A stretch of DNA of 64,000 bases from Patescibacteria group bacterium (GTDB taxonomy: Bacteria; Patescibacteriota; UBA1384; XYA2-FULL-43-10; 1-14-0-10-43-13): NCBI GenBank assembly GCA_041674765.1, contig JBAYVE010000001.1, positions 134,177-198,176 of the forward strand, written 5' to 3'. This document shows, piece after piece, positions 38,212-48,626 of this stretch (the stretch's first letter is position 1; each line of letters begins with the position of its first letter). Under the pieces are notes generated by a model. That model was not told the origin of the DNA. It saw only the letters and a program-made list of their open reading frames with translations, and did not search any database. The position numbers and the translations under genes were made by a program.

Positions 38212-39183
38212 ATGAAATCATCTTATGCAATTTTAGCGGAGGATTTGCGGAAATCTTTCGGCAAAACAGAGGTTTTGAAAGGTGTCAATTTAAAGGTGGA
38301 AAGTGGAACTATGTTGGCACTTCTGGGGCCAAACGGAGCCGGTAAGACCACAATAGTTCGAATCTTGAGCACACTTCTTCGCTTTGATGGCGGCAAGGCT
38401 TCGATCAACGGTCTAGATGTCAAAACCCAAGCCAATCAAGTCCGTGATGTGATCGGTTTGACGGGTCAATATGCTGCTGTTGATGAGTATCTTACTGGCA
38501 TTCAAAACCTGGTCATGATGGGCAGGCTTTACCACTTAAGCAAAGAACATGCTCAACAAAGAGCAGAGGAGCTTCTTCTGCAATTTGATTTGAGTGATGC
38601 AGCAAAAAGAAAAGTAAAAACCTACTCTGGAGGGATGAGAAGACGACTGGACTTAGCTATTAGTATGATTGCTACCCCTTCTATTATTTTCTTAGACGAA
38701 CCAACTACCGGGTTGGATCCAAGAAGCCGTTTGGCTATGTGGGATGTAATTCGCGGCTTGATGGATTCAGGTACCACGATTCTTTTGACGACCCAATATT
38801 TGGAAGAAGCAGACCAATTGGCAGATCGAATTGCAGTAATTGATCATGGGGTCGTTATTACAGAAGGCACCGCCAATGAGCTCAAAAAGAAAGTGGGCGC
38901 AGAAAATGCAGTGCTTACATTCAAAACGGCGGAGGAGTTGAAGGCTGCCCAAAAAACAATCAGCGTAAAATCTTATATTGATAATATAAAGATGACACTT
39001 TGCTTTCCGATGGAAAATGTGGCCGATCTCACTAACGAATTAAAGAGATTGGAAGCGGCCAAGATTGCGGTTAGCGAACTAGATATTCACAAGCCGACTC
39101 TTGATGATGTTTTTCTTAATCTCACAGGCAAACCGGTTGATACAATTGAAGTTGAAGCAAAAAATAATTCTATGACTAAATAA
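38212..39183 (+). CDS. ABC exporter ATPase, DrrA-like
   Basis: GPNGAGKTT, YSGGMRRRLDLA, FLDEPTTGLDP and PTLDDVFL motifs. Confidence 0.95.
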   Translation: MKSSYAILAEDLRKSFGKTEVLKGVNLKVESGTMLALLGPNGAGKTTIVRILSTLLRFDGGKASINGLDVKTQANQVRDVIGLTGQYAAVDEYLTGIQNLVMMGRLYHLSKEHAQQRAEELLLQFDLSDAAKRKVKTYSGGMRRRLDLAISMIATPSIIFLDEPTTGLDPRSRLAMWDVIRGLMDSGTTILLTTQYLEEADQLADRIAVIDHGVVITEGTANELKKKVGAENAVLTFKTAEELKAAQKTISVKSYIDNIKMTLCFPMENVADLTNELKRLEAAKIAVSELDIHKPTLDDVFLNLTGKPVDTIEVEAKNNSMTK

Positions 39184-39184
39184 T

Positions 39185-39991
39185 ATGATCAAAACTATAT
39201 CTACATTCAAACCCGAACTTCACTCTAAACTTTATTGGGCATTTAGCGATAGCTTCACGATGATTCGGCGCAATTTGACGCATATCATCAATAATATGGA
39301 TCAGTTGTTATCCCTTGCTATCCAACCGATAATGTTTATGCTGCTTTTTCGGTATGTCTTTGGCGGAGCCATCAACACCGGAGGCACTTCGTACGTCAAC
39401 TTTCTGGTGGCTGGAATTCTAGTCCAAAGTGCTGCCTTCGGGGCAACGACTACCTCTCTCGGTGTCGCAACGGATCTCACCAAAGGCATAATGGACCGTT
39501 TCCGTTCCCTCCCAATGCTTAGTGCGGCAATGTTGATCGGTCATACCACAGCAGATCTTGTCCGCAATTTAATTTCTAGCGTGATTATGGTAGGCGTTGC
39601 CTTTGCTGTCGGCTTTCGTCCTGAAGCTAGCCCAATGGATTGGTTCGCTGTCGTCGGTATTCTTATGCTCTTTACCTATGCTTTTTCCTGGTTATCGGCA
39701 ATTTTGGGATTGGTTGCCAAGAGTGTGGAAGCGGTACAATGGTTTGGCTTTGTTTTAATCTTTCCTCTGACTTTTGCCTCCAGCGCCTTCGTTCCGACTG
39801 CCGGTATGCCAAAATACTTACGCATCTTTGCGGAAAACCAACCTGTAACTCATGTAATTGAGGCAATCAGAGGTTTGTTAACAGGAAATCCGATCGGTGA
39901 TCACGGCTGGCTAGCTCTTGCCTGGTGTCTGGGCATCTTAGCCGTCTCTATCGCAATAGCCTCAAATCTCTTCCGCAAGATGGGAAGATAG
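39185..39991 (+). CDS. ABC-2 permease, DrrB-like
   Basis: IQPIMFMLLF.YVFGGAI, GIMDRFRSLP and SSAFVP motifs. Confidence 0.95.
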   Translation: MIKTISTFKPELHSKLYWAFSDSFTMIRRNLTHIINNMDQLLSLAIQPIMFMLLFRYVFGGAINTGGTSYVNFLVAGILVQSAAFGATTTSLGVATDLTKGIMDRFRSLPMLSAAMLIGHTTADLVRNLISSVIMVGVAFAVGFRPEASPMDWFAVVGILMLFTYAFSWLSAILGLVAKSVEAVQWFGFVLIFPLTFASSAFVPTAGMPKYLRIFAENQPVTHVIEAIRGLLTGNPIGDHGWLALAWCLGILAVSIAIASNLFRKMGR

Positions 39992-40000
39992 GAAATAACC

Positions 40001-40165
40001 AGTGTCTATGGCGCATCGAAGGCTGCAGTGAAGCTTCTAACCGAAAGCCTGTACGCAGAATTATCAAACACCAAGATTCCAACCTCATGAGCTGGCTATA
40101 TAATATAAGCCCTTCTTTTGCGACAAATTTTATCGCCAGAAAGATGAGATCACTTTTGCCGAAAA
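40001..40165 (+). pseudogene. Short-chain dehydrogenase remnant
   Basis: SVYGASKAAVKLLTESLYAEL (SDR YxxxK) joined out of frame to an SDR-like C terminus. No N-terminal Rossmann fold. Confidence 0.7.
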
Positions 40166-40255
40166 TAACAATAATCCATGTCCTTATGAGTTAGACTCTT
40201 GTCTTCTCTCTCCTTCAATACTATTATTAAAGTAAGCAATTAATATGGGAGATTC

Positions 40256-40861
40256 ATGAAAAAGATTGAAATAGGAAAAGCGATTGGTTACGGCTGGGAA
40301 TCAATCAAGAAGAATTTTTGGTACTTGATTGCCATTACGGTTATTTATTATGCAGTTGCCGGGATATCGGGAGTGGATAGGAACGAGAATTCAGGAGCAT
40401 CATTGTTGAGTATCCTGATTTGGTTACTTTCGATTTATATGATGGGCGGGCTACTTAGAATTCTATTAGATTATTACGACGGTAAAAAGCGTCCGATCTC
40501 CGATCTGTTTACTCAGGTCAAATATTTCTGGAGATTGCTCGGAGCAACACTTCTGGTCTCTCTTATCGTTTTCGTCGGTTTTATTCTGCTGGTTGTTCCT
40601 GGAATTTATTGGGCTTTGAAGTATCAATTTGTGCCTTACCTGATCGTTGACAAAGACATGAACGTGATGGAGGCAATGAAGCAAAGTGGCAATATGACTC
40701 TTGGTGTAAAATGGCAGCTACTCGGATTTGCTTTCGTCTCATTAGGAATAATAATTCTTGGGGCTATCGCACTTGGTGTCGGTATATTTGTTGCAGCTCC
40801 TATAATAATGTTGGCAGAAATCTTCATTTATCGTCATCTTTTGACTCAGTCAAAAGAGTAG
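40256..40861 (+). CDS. Integral membrane protein (DUF975-like)
   Basis: GFILLVVPGIYWALKYQFVPYLIVD..EAMKQS..MT.G.KW motif. Confidence 0.8.
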   Translation: MKKIEIGKAIGYGWESIKKNFWYLIAITVIYYAVAGISGVDRNENSGASLLSILIWLLSIYMMGGLLRILLDYYDGKKRPISDLFTQVKYFWRLLGATLLVSLIVFVGFILLVVPGIYWALKYQFVPYLIVDKDMNVMEAMKQSGNMTLGVKWQLLGFAFVSLGIIILGAIALGVGIFVAAPIIMLAEIFIYRHLLTQSKE

Positions 40862-40957
40862 CTCGAGAATTCTTTTGTCTCCACTGCCGGCTCTTTGTGG
40901 GTTATTTTAAGTTGTGCTATATATAATGTAGTGACAATTAATTTAAAGAGGGTAATA

Positions 40958-42124
40958 ATGGACGGCAAAGTGAAGAAAGAGATTTATGGCCTAAGAACAT
41001 GGGTTGAGATAGATACAGAGGCGCTGAGTCATAATTTTCAGGAATTCAAGAAAATAATTAGTAGCAATTGTAAGTTAATGGCTGTCGCAAAGTCCAACGC
41101 CTATGGTCACGGTCTGGTTGATTATTCAAAAACAATGGAAAAATTGGGTGCAGACTGGATTGGCGTTGATTCGATCACCGAAGCTCTCAGACTCCGTCGT
41201 GAAGGTGTAAAGGCACCCATCCTGGTGTTGGGTTTCACCCTCTCGGAGAATTTCGAAGATGCTTTCCAAGGTAATATCTCTATTACTGTTTCCAACTTTG
41301 CCCTACTAGAGAGCATCAAAAAATTTCTTCAGACGATAGAGGGAGCAGATGGCACTCTAGTCTTCAAACTTCATATAAAGATAGATACGGGAATGCATCG
41401 CCAGGGATTTCAACTTGATCAGGTAGATGATCTTATCAAAGAGATCCGGAAGATTCGAGGAATCGAGATTGAGGGGCTCTATACTCATTTTGCCGCTGCT
41501 AAGAACCCAGCTTTCCCGGATGAAACTAATGAGCAAATGAAGAACTTCGAAATAGTCTGCGCCAAATTTAAGCAAGCGGGGATTGATCCTATCAAACATG
41601 CCGCTGCTACTTCGGGTGCTATTGTCTTTCCCAAATCACATTTTGATATGGTTCGAATAGGGATTGGGATGATGGGACTGTGGCCGGCTATCGAAGTTCA
41701 AGTTTCAGCCGATGACAAGATGAAACTAATACCAGCGCTTTCGTGGAAAACAATCGTTGCCGAGGTCAAAGAAATCAAAAAAGGCGAGCGAGTGAGTTAC
41801 AATTTCACCGAAACATTGAGTAGAGACTCGAAAATTGCCATCTTGCCGATTGGCTATTGGCATGGATTTAGACGCAATCTCTCAAGTATCGGTCAAGTTA
41901 TAATAAACGGGAGAAGGGCAAGAGTCTTAGGACGGGTCACAATGGACATGATTGTTGTCGATGTTACCGATATCAAAGGCATAGAGGCTGGCAGCGACGT
42001 GATTTTAATCGGCAGAGATGGCGGAGATGAAATTACCGCTTACGAAATGGCCAAACTCTCCGACACCTCGTGGTACGAAACCATAACATGTCTAAACCCA
42101 CTGATCAAACGTGTCTATCAATAA
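40958..42124 (+). CDS. alr: Alanine racemase
   Basis: MAVAKSNAYGHG (PLP Lys), HIKIDTGMHRQG and GRVTMDM. ATG follows GAGGG. Confidence 0.97.
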   Translation: MDGKVKKEIYGLRTWVEIDTEALSHNFQEFKKIISSNCKLMAVAKSNAYGHGLVDYSKTMEKLGADWIGVDSITEALRLRREGVKAPILVLGFTLSENFEDAFQGNISITVSNFALLESIKKFLQTIEGADGTLVFKLHIKIDTGMHRQGFQLDQVDDLIKEIRKIRGIEIEGLYTHFAAAKNPAFPDETNEQMKNFEIVCAKFKQAGIDPIKHAAATSGAIVFPKSHFDMVRIGIGMMGLWPAIEVQVSADDKMKLIPALSWKTIVAEVKEIKKGERVSYNFTETLSRDSKIAILPIGYWHGFRRNLSSIGQVIINGRRARVLGRVTMDMIVVDVTDIKGIEAGSDVILIGRDGGDEITAYEMAKLSDTSWYETITCLNPLIKRVYQ

Positions 42125-42592
42125 TACGAAAGACGAAATCCACCTTTGGCGGAAGCGAAAGTTACGAAAAGGGAGGAAATTTGAATGATTTAATTTATCG
42201 AGAACTATGTTATAGGTTGACTGGTTTAGCCTATGAGATTTACTCAACAATTGGCGGAGAACTCCGTGAAAAAGTATATTCAGACGCATTCGAAGAACTA
42301 TTAAAAAGGGAGAATATAACTTATAAACGTGAGGTTTATTATCCGATAAAAATAAATGAGAAGGTCATCGCCAAAAACTATTTTGATTTTCTTGTCGAAG
42401 ATAAGTTGATTGTAGAGCTAAAGAAGGGTAATCTTAATTATCGTTTGGCTTGCGGCCAATTATTTAATTACCTAAAATTAAGTAAGCTAAAATTAGGATT
42501 GATAATTCGTTTTACTAAGGATGGTGCCAGAGCAAAAAGAATCGCCAATTTGTATTAATTTCGTAACTTTTGTAATCTTTCGTTTTTCGTAT
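42124..42592. mobile_element. Putative element: GxxExxY gene between ACGAAA-repeat inverted arms, inserted in the alr/dnaG junction
   Basis: Left arm atacgaaagacgaaa..gcgaaagttacgaaa, right arm tttcgtaacttttgtaatctttcgtttttcgtat, with AT duplicated at both ends. Confidence 0.6.
42181..42558 (+). CDS. GxxExxY protein (PD-(D/E)xK-like)
   Basis: IGGELREKVY, DFLVEDKLIVELK and QLFNYLK..LGLII motifs. TTG start after GGGAGG. Confidence 0.9.
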   Translation: MNDLIYRELCYRLTGLAYEIYSTIGGELREKVYSDAFEELLKRENITYKREVYYPIKINEKVIAKNYFDFLVEDKLIVELKKGNLNYRLACGQLFNYLKLSKLKLGLIIRFTKDGARAKRIANLY

Positions 42593-44327
42593 GTTAGACC
42601 AGGTGCAAGAAATAAAAGAAAAGATTGATATTGTTGAGACCATCTCATCCTATTTGACGTTGAAAAAAGCGGGCGTAAACTACAAGGCGAATTGTCCGTT
42701 TCATAACGAAAAATCGCCATCTTTTATGGTAAATCCGGAGAGGCAGACATTTAAATGCTTCGGTTGCGGGGAGGGTGGGGATGTCTTTACTTTTGTCGAA
42801 AAGATGGAAGGATTGGATTTCTATAATACCTTAAAACTGTTGGCAGAGAGAGCCGGTGTGGAATTGAAAACCCACTCTATCCGGCATGGTAACAACGAAT
42901 ATAAAGCTGACCAAAAGACCAGAATTTTTGAAATAAATGAATGGGCTAAGAAAGTTTATCACAAAGTATTAGTCGGCCACCCAAATGCCGAGAAGGCCAG
43001 AGAGTATCTGCGGCAGAGAGGCCTGTCTGATAAAACAATTGAAGAATTTGAGATAGGATATGCCCCTTCATCTTGGGATTTTCTCTTAAAATTCCTGAAA
43101 TCAAAAGGTTATACCGAGAAGGAAGCAGTTGAATCGGGTGTAGCTATCAAAGCGGAAACCGGAAAAATATACGACCGTTTTCGGGGCCGGATTACTTTTC
43201 CGATCAGCAATATCATGGGCAACACTGTAGCGTTTACTTCGAGAATTCTAGTGGATGATGGCAAATCGGCCAAATATATCAATTCTGCAGAATCACCGAT
43301 CTACATCAAAGGGAAGACTATTTATGCACTCGACAAGGCCAAGACTTTTATCAAAGAAGAAAAAGTTGCAGTAATGGTCGAAGGCCAAATGGATGTTATC
43401 GCCTGCCATCAAGCGGGCTTTAGGAATGTTATCGCTACCTCAGGCACGGCTCTGACAATCGATCAACTAAAAATTTTGACTCGCTATGCGCCCGATATAG
43501 CTTTTTGTTTTGATATGGATAATGCGGGTCAGACGGCGATGAAGAGGGCGATCAGAATGGCACTCTCAAATGATATTAGCATCAAAATTATTGTTATGCC
43601 CGATGGTTTCAAAGATCCCGACGAAGCGATCAAGGCAGACCAGTCGAACTGGATAAACGCCGTAAAGTCTGCCAAACCCTCTCTACAATATTGGATTGAT
43701 CAGCTTGTGGCCGAAAACTCCGAGATGACGATTGACCAAAAGAAAAAAATTGCCAAAGAAATTTTACCGATAGTGAAAATTATCTCTTCGGAAATTGAGA
43801 AAGAATACTATATCAAATATTTATCTGAACAATTGGGTACAAGTCAGCAGTCACTTATCCAGGCTTTGCAGAGAACGAAAGAAGAAAAAGATTTTATCCC
43901 AAAAAATGACCAACTTTCATCTTCGAAAGAAAAACTATCCGTCTTAGAGAGGATACTCGGCTTAGTCTGGGCAGAGCCAAAATTGCTATCTGCCATTGGC
44001 AGTTCATTGGAAGAAATCAAGGCAGAAAAGGCGGAATATCAGTATTTGTTGGAAATGATAAAGAAAAAAGAGATTAATCGTGAAAAAGTGAAACCGGAAA
44101 TTACAACTTCTTATGATCAGCTGGCGATCACCGCAATCCAAGACCTCGATTCTTCCCAAGAGGATGCTTTACTACACGAGTGCCAATATCTATTGGGTCG
44201 GCTGAGATCGGATCAAAAAGAAAGTCTAAAGGAAAACTTTGCCCAAAAGATTAGGGAGGCAGAGCAAAAAGGAGATAAAGAAACGCTAAAGAAGCTGTTG
44301 GCTGACTTTTCTACATTGATAAAATAA
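42591..44327 (+). CDS. dnaG: DNA primase
   Basis: CPFHNEKSPSF..CFGC zinc finger, DRFRGR, KYINS, EGQMDVI and FDMD motifs. Confidence 0.98.
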   Translation: MLDQVQEIKEKIDIVETISSYLTLKKAGVNYKANCPFHNEKSPSFMVNPERQTFKCFGCGEGGDVFTFVEKMEGLDFYNTLKLLAERAGVELKTHSIRHGNNEYKADQKTRIFEINEWAKKVYHKVLVGHPNAEKAREYLRQRGLSDKTIEEFEIGYAPSSWDFLLKFLKSKGYTEKEAVESGVAIKAETGKIYDRFRGRITFPISNIMGNTVAFTSRILVDDGKSAKYINSAESPIYIKGKTIYALDKAKTFIKEEKVAVMVEGQMDVIACHQAGFRNVIATSGTALTIDQLKILTRYAPDIAFCFDMDNAGQTAMKRAIRMALSNDISIKIIVMPDGFKDPDEAIKADQSNWINAVKSAKPSLQYWIDQLVAENSEMTIDQKKKIAKEILPIVKIISSEIEKEYYIKYLSEQLGTSQQSLIQALQRTKEEKDFIPKNDQLSSSKEKLSVLERILGLVWAEPKLLSAIGSSLEEIKAEKAEYQYLLEMIKKKEINREKVKPEITTSYDQLAITAIQDLDSSQEDALLHECQYLLGRLRSDQKESLKENFAQKIREAEQKGDKETLKKLLADFSTLIK

Positions 44328-44376
44328 TGGAAAAGTGATAAAATTACCAAGTAAATTCACTTCCGAGTTTTTTAAG

Positions 44377-44444
44377 TCGAAAGTTTATAAAGTCCATAAA
44401 GTGTTTGCTTTAGAAACTTTATAAACATTATAAACTTTTAACTA
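44377..44444. repeat. 9-mer-unit (AAAGTCCAT) inverted repeat in the rpoD leader
   Basis: aaagtttat aaagtccat aaagt facing actttataa acattataa acttttaact. Same unit as the rpsO leader insert. Confidence 0.7.
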
Positions 44445-44515
44445 ATAATATTTAATGGTTTTCTGCGGATTTAGGGTTATTCCAATTCTGCGGATGGCCG
44501 AGAGGTTATGCGAAT

Positions 44516-45637
44516 ATGGCTAAGAAAATTTTTGTGCCGAAGAAAGAAGAAGTCCTCGAATTCTCAGAAGAAGTGAACGAACTCTTGATGAAAGGCCGCA
44601 CTCACGGCTATATTTCAATGCAAGAAATGATCCAAGCCCTCCCTGAAGCGGAGGAAAACGTGCAGGAGCTCGATCAAATTTTTGATTATATGTACCGAAA
44701 AGGCATCGAATTTAAAGAGGAAGCAGAAAAGCCAAAAGGAATTTTAGCCTCTATCATTCAGGGCAAGAAAGAAAAAAGCTTGATTGATGAGTTGGGCCTT
44801 GGCGATATCGCAGATGACTCTGTCCGAATGTATCTTCGTGAGATAGGACGAATTGCTCTTCTTACAAATGAAGAGGAAATCAAACTGGCAAAGAGAGTTG
44901 AAAAAGGCGATATTTGGGCCAAAAAACGCCTTGCTGAGGCCAATTTGAGGCTTGTAGTATCTATCGCCAAAAAATATATCGGCAGAGGCCTGTCACTGCT
45001 TGACCTCATTCAGGAGGGCAATACGGGTTTGATGCGGGCGGTTGATAAATTCGATTATCGGAAGGGTTTTAAATTTTCAACATACGCAACGTGGTGGATC
45101 CGTCAGGCTATTACTCGTGCTATTGCCGATCAGGCTAGGACGATCCGGATTCCTGTCCATATGATTGAAACGATAAACAAATTGATTAGAGTTCAACGCC
45201 AGCTTGTTCAGGATCTTGGTCGTGAGCCTACCCCTGAGGAAATTGCGCAGGAACTGGGCCTTGAGGTTGATAAAGTTGAACATATCATCAAGATTTCTCA
45301 GGAAACAGTTTCGCTCGAGGCTCCAGTTGGTGAGGAAGAAGACTCAAAACTTGGTGACTTCATTGAGGACACCAAACATGTTTCTCCTGAAGAGCAGACT
45401 TCCCAAACATTGTTGAAAGACAAAATCCAAGAGTTTTTAAATGGTCTCCAGCCGAGAGAACAAAAAATTCTCAAAATGCGTTTTGGCCTGGAAGATGGTA
45501 GGACCCACACCCTCGAGGAAGTAGGCCAGGAATTCGGCGTTACCCGAGAAAGAATTAGGCAGATTGAAGCCAAGGCACTTTCTAAGCTGAAGAAGGCAGA
45601 GCGATCTTCTGATTTAGAGGAATATCTTCAGGGATAA
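44516..45637 (+). CDS. rpoD: Primary sigma factor
   Basis: [39 protein letters not shown] and [13 protein letters not shown] motifs. Confidence 0.99.
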   Translation: MAKKIFVPKKEEVLEFSEEVNELLMKGRTHGYISMQEMIQALPEAEENVQELDQIFDYMYRKGIEFKEEAEKPKGILASIIQGKKEKSLIDELGLGDIADDSVRMYLREIGRIALLTNEEEIKLAKRVEKGDIWAKKRLAEANLRLVVSIAKKYIGRGLSLLDLIQEGNTGLMRAVDKFDYRKGFKFSTYATWWIRQAITRAIADQARTIRIPVHMIETINKLIRVQRQLVQDLGREPTPEEIAQELGLEVDKVEHIIKISQETVSLEAPVGEEEDSKLGDFIEDTKHVSPEEQTSQTLLKDKIQEFLNGLQPREQKILKMRFGLEDGRTHTLEEVGQEFGVTRERIRQIEAKALSKLKKAERSSDLEEYLQG

Positions 45638-45652
45638 AAAGACAATCACTTT

Positions 45653-45689
45653 AAAAAAATAACCAGCGAACGGCCGGTTATTTTTTTTA
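45653..45689. terminator. Bidirectional terminator
   Basis: AAAAAAATAACC..GGTTATTTTTTT between convergent genes. Confidence 0.8.
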
Positions 45690-45696
45690 TTTATTT

Positions 45697-45969
45697 TTAT
45701 CTGTAAACTCGCAAAGCTCGCAAGATTACGATCAGAATTATAGCTCCGATCACGCCCCATATGATTCCGGCCAGGCTAAATCCGCCGGCGGCGTAGGCGG
45801 AATCAAAGCCCAGAAGCCCGCCAAATATCCAGCGTCCAAGGATCGAGCCCAAGATTCCGATGATAATATTCCAGAGCAGACTACTTTCGCTCTTCATAAT
45901 CATGCTGGCAATCCAACCGATCAATGCACCGATAATTATCGCGATAATCCAACTCATAATTTCCTTCAT
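45697..45969 (-). CDS. GlsB/YeaQ/YmgE stress-response membrane protein
   Basis: [12 protein letters not shown]...NIIIGILGS...GAIILI. The start may be 45957. Confidence 0.9.
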   Translation of the reverse strand: MKEIMSWIIAIIIGALIGWIASMIMKSESSLLWNIIIGILGSILGRWIFGGLLGFDSAYAAGGFSLAGIIWGVIGAIILIVILRALRVYR

Positions 45970-46039
45970 TAATTACACAAAAATTAACAGACGCCTGATA
46001 ATAAGTCATTGTCTGTTGCAACAAAATAGTTTTTCTATG

Positions 46040-46585
46040 CTAATGGATGCGGACGACGGAGAAGCGGAAGAGCTGGACGATCTCTTCGTTTTGAATGCCG
46101 GCCTTGTTTTTGGCGATTCGAACTTGCTCATCTATAGAATCAATTCCTGGCAAATCCGGTAGCAGTACGCCCGATCTGCCGTCACCTGTTCGAACGACGA
46201 CCCCAAATTGTTCCGGGTTTAGCTCTGATGATGAATCAATCGGTTCCAGTTTACTGAGGATATCGACAGAGACATCAAGGTTTTTTAGCTCATCTTTCTC
46301 GATAGGCCAAAAACGGCCATCTTCCGAACAGGCCGATGCTGCATTATGAATTATTTCGAGAGCCAGATTTTCTCTGATGGGAGTTATTGTTCCGATGCAG
46401 CCGCGTAGATCTCCCAAACTTTTTCGATGAATGGAGACAAAACAGCCGGCCTTCGTCTCTAATAATTCTGGATAATTGTCTATCTTTGGCAGCGGTTTAT
46501 TTTCAACGCACGCAGAAATTGTATCATTAGCTAGCCTCAGAACCGAATCCTTAATATTTGACTCATTTTTTTTGTCAAAATTCAT
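46040..46585 (-). CDS. AMMECR1-domain protein (AmmeMemoRadiSam protein A-like)
   Basis: GCFVSI..LRGCIGT, DGRFWPI and GVLLPDLPG motifs. Confidence 0.93.
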   Translation of the reverse strand: MNFDKKNESNIKDSVLRLANDTISACVENKPLPKIDNYPELLETKAGCFVSIHRKSLGDLRGCIGTITPIRENLALEIIHNAASACSEDGRFWPIEKDELKNLDVSVDILSKLEPIDSSSELNPEQFGVVVRTGDGRSGVLLPDLPGIDSIDEQVRIAKNKAGIQNEEIVQLFRFSVVRIH

Positions 46586-46622
46586 AACTCAATTTTACTC
46601 TTTTTCCGCTAATGTTAAAAAC

Positions 46623-47003
46623 ATGCAAGGAATAGTTATAAATATCGAAAAAGCAGTCGAAGAAAATGAGAATTTTCGTGAGGTGGTTTTTACTGCCCCT
46701 CATAGTCAGCTTGTGCTGATGAGTTTGGAACCGAAAGAAGATATCGGATTGGAAGTTCACTCAGTCGATCAATTTATCAAGATCGAATCGGGAGAGGGTA
46801 AGGCCATTCTGGACGGCGAGGAAATAGAGATAGAGGGCGGCTTTGCTGTCGTAATTCCTGCGGGAGCGGAACATAATATCATAAATTCAAGCTCGGAAAG
46901 CAAAATGAAACTCTATACGGTTTATTCTCCGGCAGAGCACAAGGACGGAACCGTTCACACTAGCAAGGCTGAAGCAGAGGCTGCTGAGAAAGAGGACGAG
47001 TAA
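46623..47003 (+). CDS. Cupin domain protein
   Basis: ENFREV.FT..HSQLVLMSL...IGLEVH..DQF and YTVYSPAEH motifs. Confidence 0.92.
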   Translation: MQGIVINIEKAVEENENFREVVFTAPHSQLVLMSLEPKEDIGLEVHSVDQFIKIESGEGKAILDGEEIEIEGGFAVVIPAGAEHNIINSSSESKMKLYTVYSPAEHKDGTVHTSKAEAEAAEKEDE

Positions 47004-47184
47004 TCTAGTCTTTCTCATATTCGTTAAATCCTATTTTATCGCTGTTAAAAAAAGCGGTAATTTTGGTTTATTTTATTAGATCAATGTCACCCTTCTTGCA
47101 TTATTTCAAGCAATTTGCTAAATTCTGTTCAGGCCCGTAGTAAGCGCGCGATTGCTACTGGTACTCGAGAAGGAGGTAACGCCT

Positions 47185-47874
47185 TTGCACATTCGCGGGC
47201 GACCCTCGACTTTTTTGCTGGCGCTCATGCTGCTTGCGGTCCTTTGGGGACTTGCCGCAGTTCAGGCCGCCACGACTCATTCACCGCCGACAGATTTGAT
47301 CGGCGTGCATCAGGCCAGTCCGACCAATGATGCTTCTTTCGAAGCCAGCGCCGCCTTGACGGACTATGAGGAGCCGGTTGCTGCGTTGGCCCAATTCATC
47401 GGCACTGAAACGGCATCGCCACCGCTCGCTTCGAGCAGCACTATCGCCGTTATAGCCGATCGTCTCATCTGCAGTGGTCCCGGATCGCCGGATCAAGTCA
47501 TCGCCATCAACCAGGCGTTGATTCCCAGCGCAAGGGACTGGATTCAAACGGATGGGTTGGTTACCTTGCCATCCAACCGCGGCTCGCCGGTAATCATCAA
47601 ATACAGCGGCTGGCCGTCTTCACCGTTGGAGGTTGCCCGTAGTGGTAGCCTTTCGCAGGCCACAGTAGTGGCCGGCTTTACTTCTCCTCGAGTGTCGGAG
47701 CAGAGACGTACTTTGCAGACGACCACGCGTTGTAGCGTGATCTCCACGGCATCGTGGTATCCGCAAAAGAGAAAGTTATCTACCAGCGCCCACGGCGATT
47801 CGTCCAATTATTGCCAGTCACCCATGACGATCACAGGCGCGAACACGGCTGTCATTCAGCGAGAACTCTCCTAG
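47185..47874 (+). CDS. Hypothetical secreted protein (GC-richer orphan)
   Basis: AGGAGG 8 nt before TTG 47185, signal-peptide-like N terminus, terminator downstream. Confidence 0.5.
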   Translation: MHIRGRPSTFLLALMLLAVLWGLAAVQAATTHSPPTDLIGVHQASPTNDASFEASAALTDYEEPVAALAQFIGTETASPPLASSSTIAVIADRLICSGPGSPDQVIAINQALIPSARDWIQTDGLVTLPSNRGSPVIIKYSGWPSSPLEVARSGSLSQATVVAGFTSPRVSEQRRTLQTTTRCSVISTASWYPQKRKLSTSAHGDSSNYCQSPMTITGANTAVIQRELS

Positions 47875-47916
47875 CGAGTAGCTATGATGGAGAGGCTGAA
47901 AAAGGCCTAATCCGGT

Positions 47917-47984
47917 GCCCCGGAAACCTCGCGAGATTATCCCCCGTGGATATATCTCGAAACAGGTTTCCGGGCCCTTTTTTA
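47917..47984 (+). terminator. Long hairpin terminator
   Basis: CCCGGAAACCT..CGAGAT..ATCTCG..AGGTTTCCGGG followed by a T run. Confidence 0.75.
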
Positions 47985-48055
47985 TTTTAAGAGACCGATT
48001 TCAGGGTTGCCCAAATACTTCAAAGAGAGTAACCTAAAAACGTTGTAGAAGTTAT

Positions 48056-48535
48056 TTGGAGGACAAAAGAATGGTTGCAAGAAAGAAAAACAAAAAGAAA
48101 AAAACAGGAGTCGACCTATTAAACGAAATTTCAGATAAACTCATCACTTGGGTCGGCACTACCAATTCGATTATTATTCACACGATCATTTTCATTTTTT
48201 CATTTATCTCTCATTGGATTTTCAATATTTCTTTTGATCTCGTGCTACTGATTCTTACTACAGTCGTTTCGCTGGAAGCTATTTATCTTGCCATCTTTAT
48301 CCAGCGATCTGTAAACCAGCAGGCCACCCGTCTGACCGATGTTGAGGAGACCCTCGATGATGTTGAGGAGGCCCTTGATGACGTCGAAGAATCTCTGGAC
48401 GAAGTTGAGGAATCAATCGATGATGTCGAAGAGAGTATTAGCCAGAAGGAAACAAGCGCGAATTCCAATACCGAAAAACGTCTGGAAGAAATAATTAAAG
48501 AGCTAAAAGCACTTCAGACCAATATGAAGAAATAA
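48056..48535 (+). CDS. DUF1003-like membrane protein with acidic heptad-repeat coiled coil
   Basis: LLILTTVVSLEAIYLAIFIQ plus five (D/E)VEExLD-type repeats. The start may be 48071. Confidence 0.8.
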   Translation: MEDKRMVARKKNKKKKTGVDLLNEISDKLITWVGTTNSIIIHTIIFIFSFISHWIFNISFDLVLLILTTVVSLEAIYLAIFIQRSVNQQATRLTDVEETLDDVEEALDDVEESLDEVEESIDDVEESISQKETSANSNTEKRLEEIIKELKALQTNMKK

Positions 48536-48626
48536 AAAATCCCTACCCACGGGCTCCGTTCATGTATGGGTAGGGAGGGATCAACGGCAAGTCACAGGAC
48601 CTTTGAATCTGAGCTTGCTATTCTGA

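Noticed and set aside
35622-40200. Integrative element or prophage at tRNA-Ser
   Set aside because: No integrase, phage genes or tRNA 3'-end direct repeat found.
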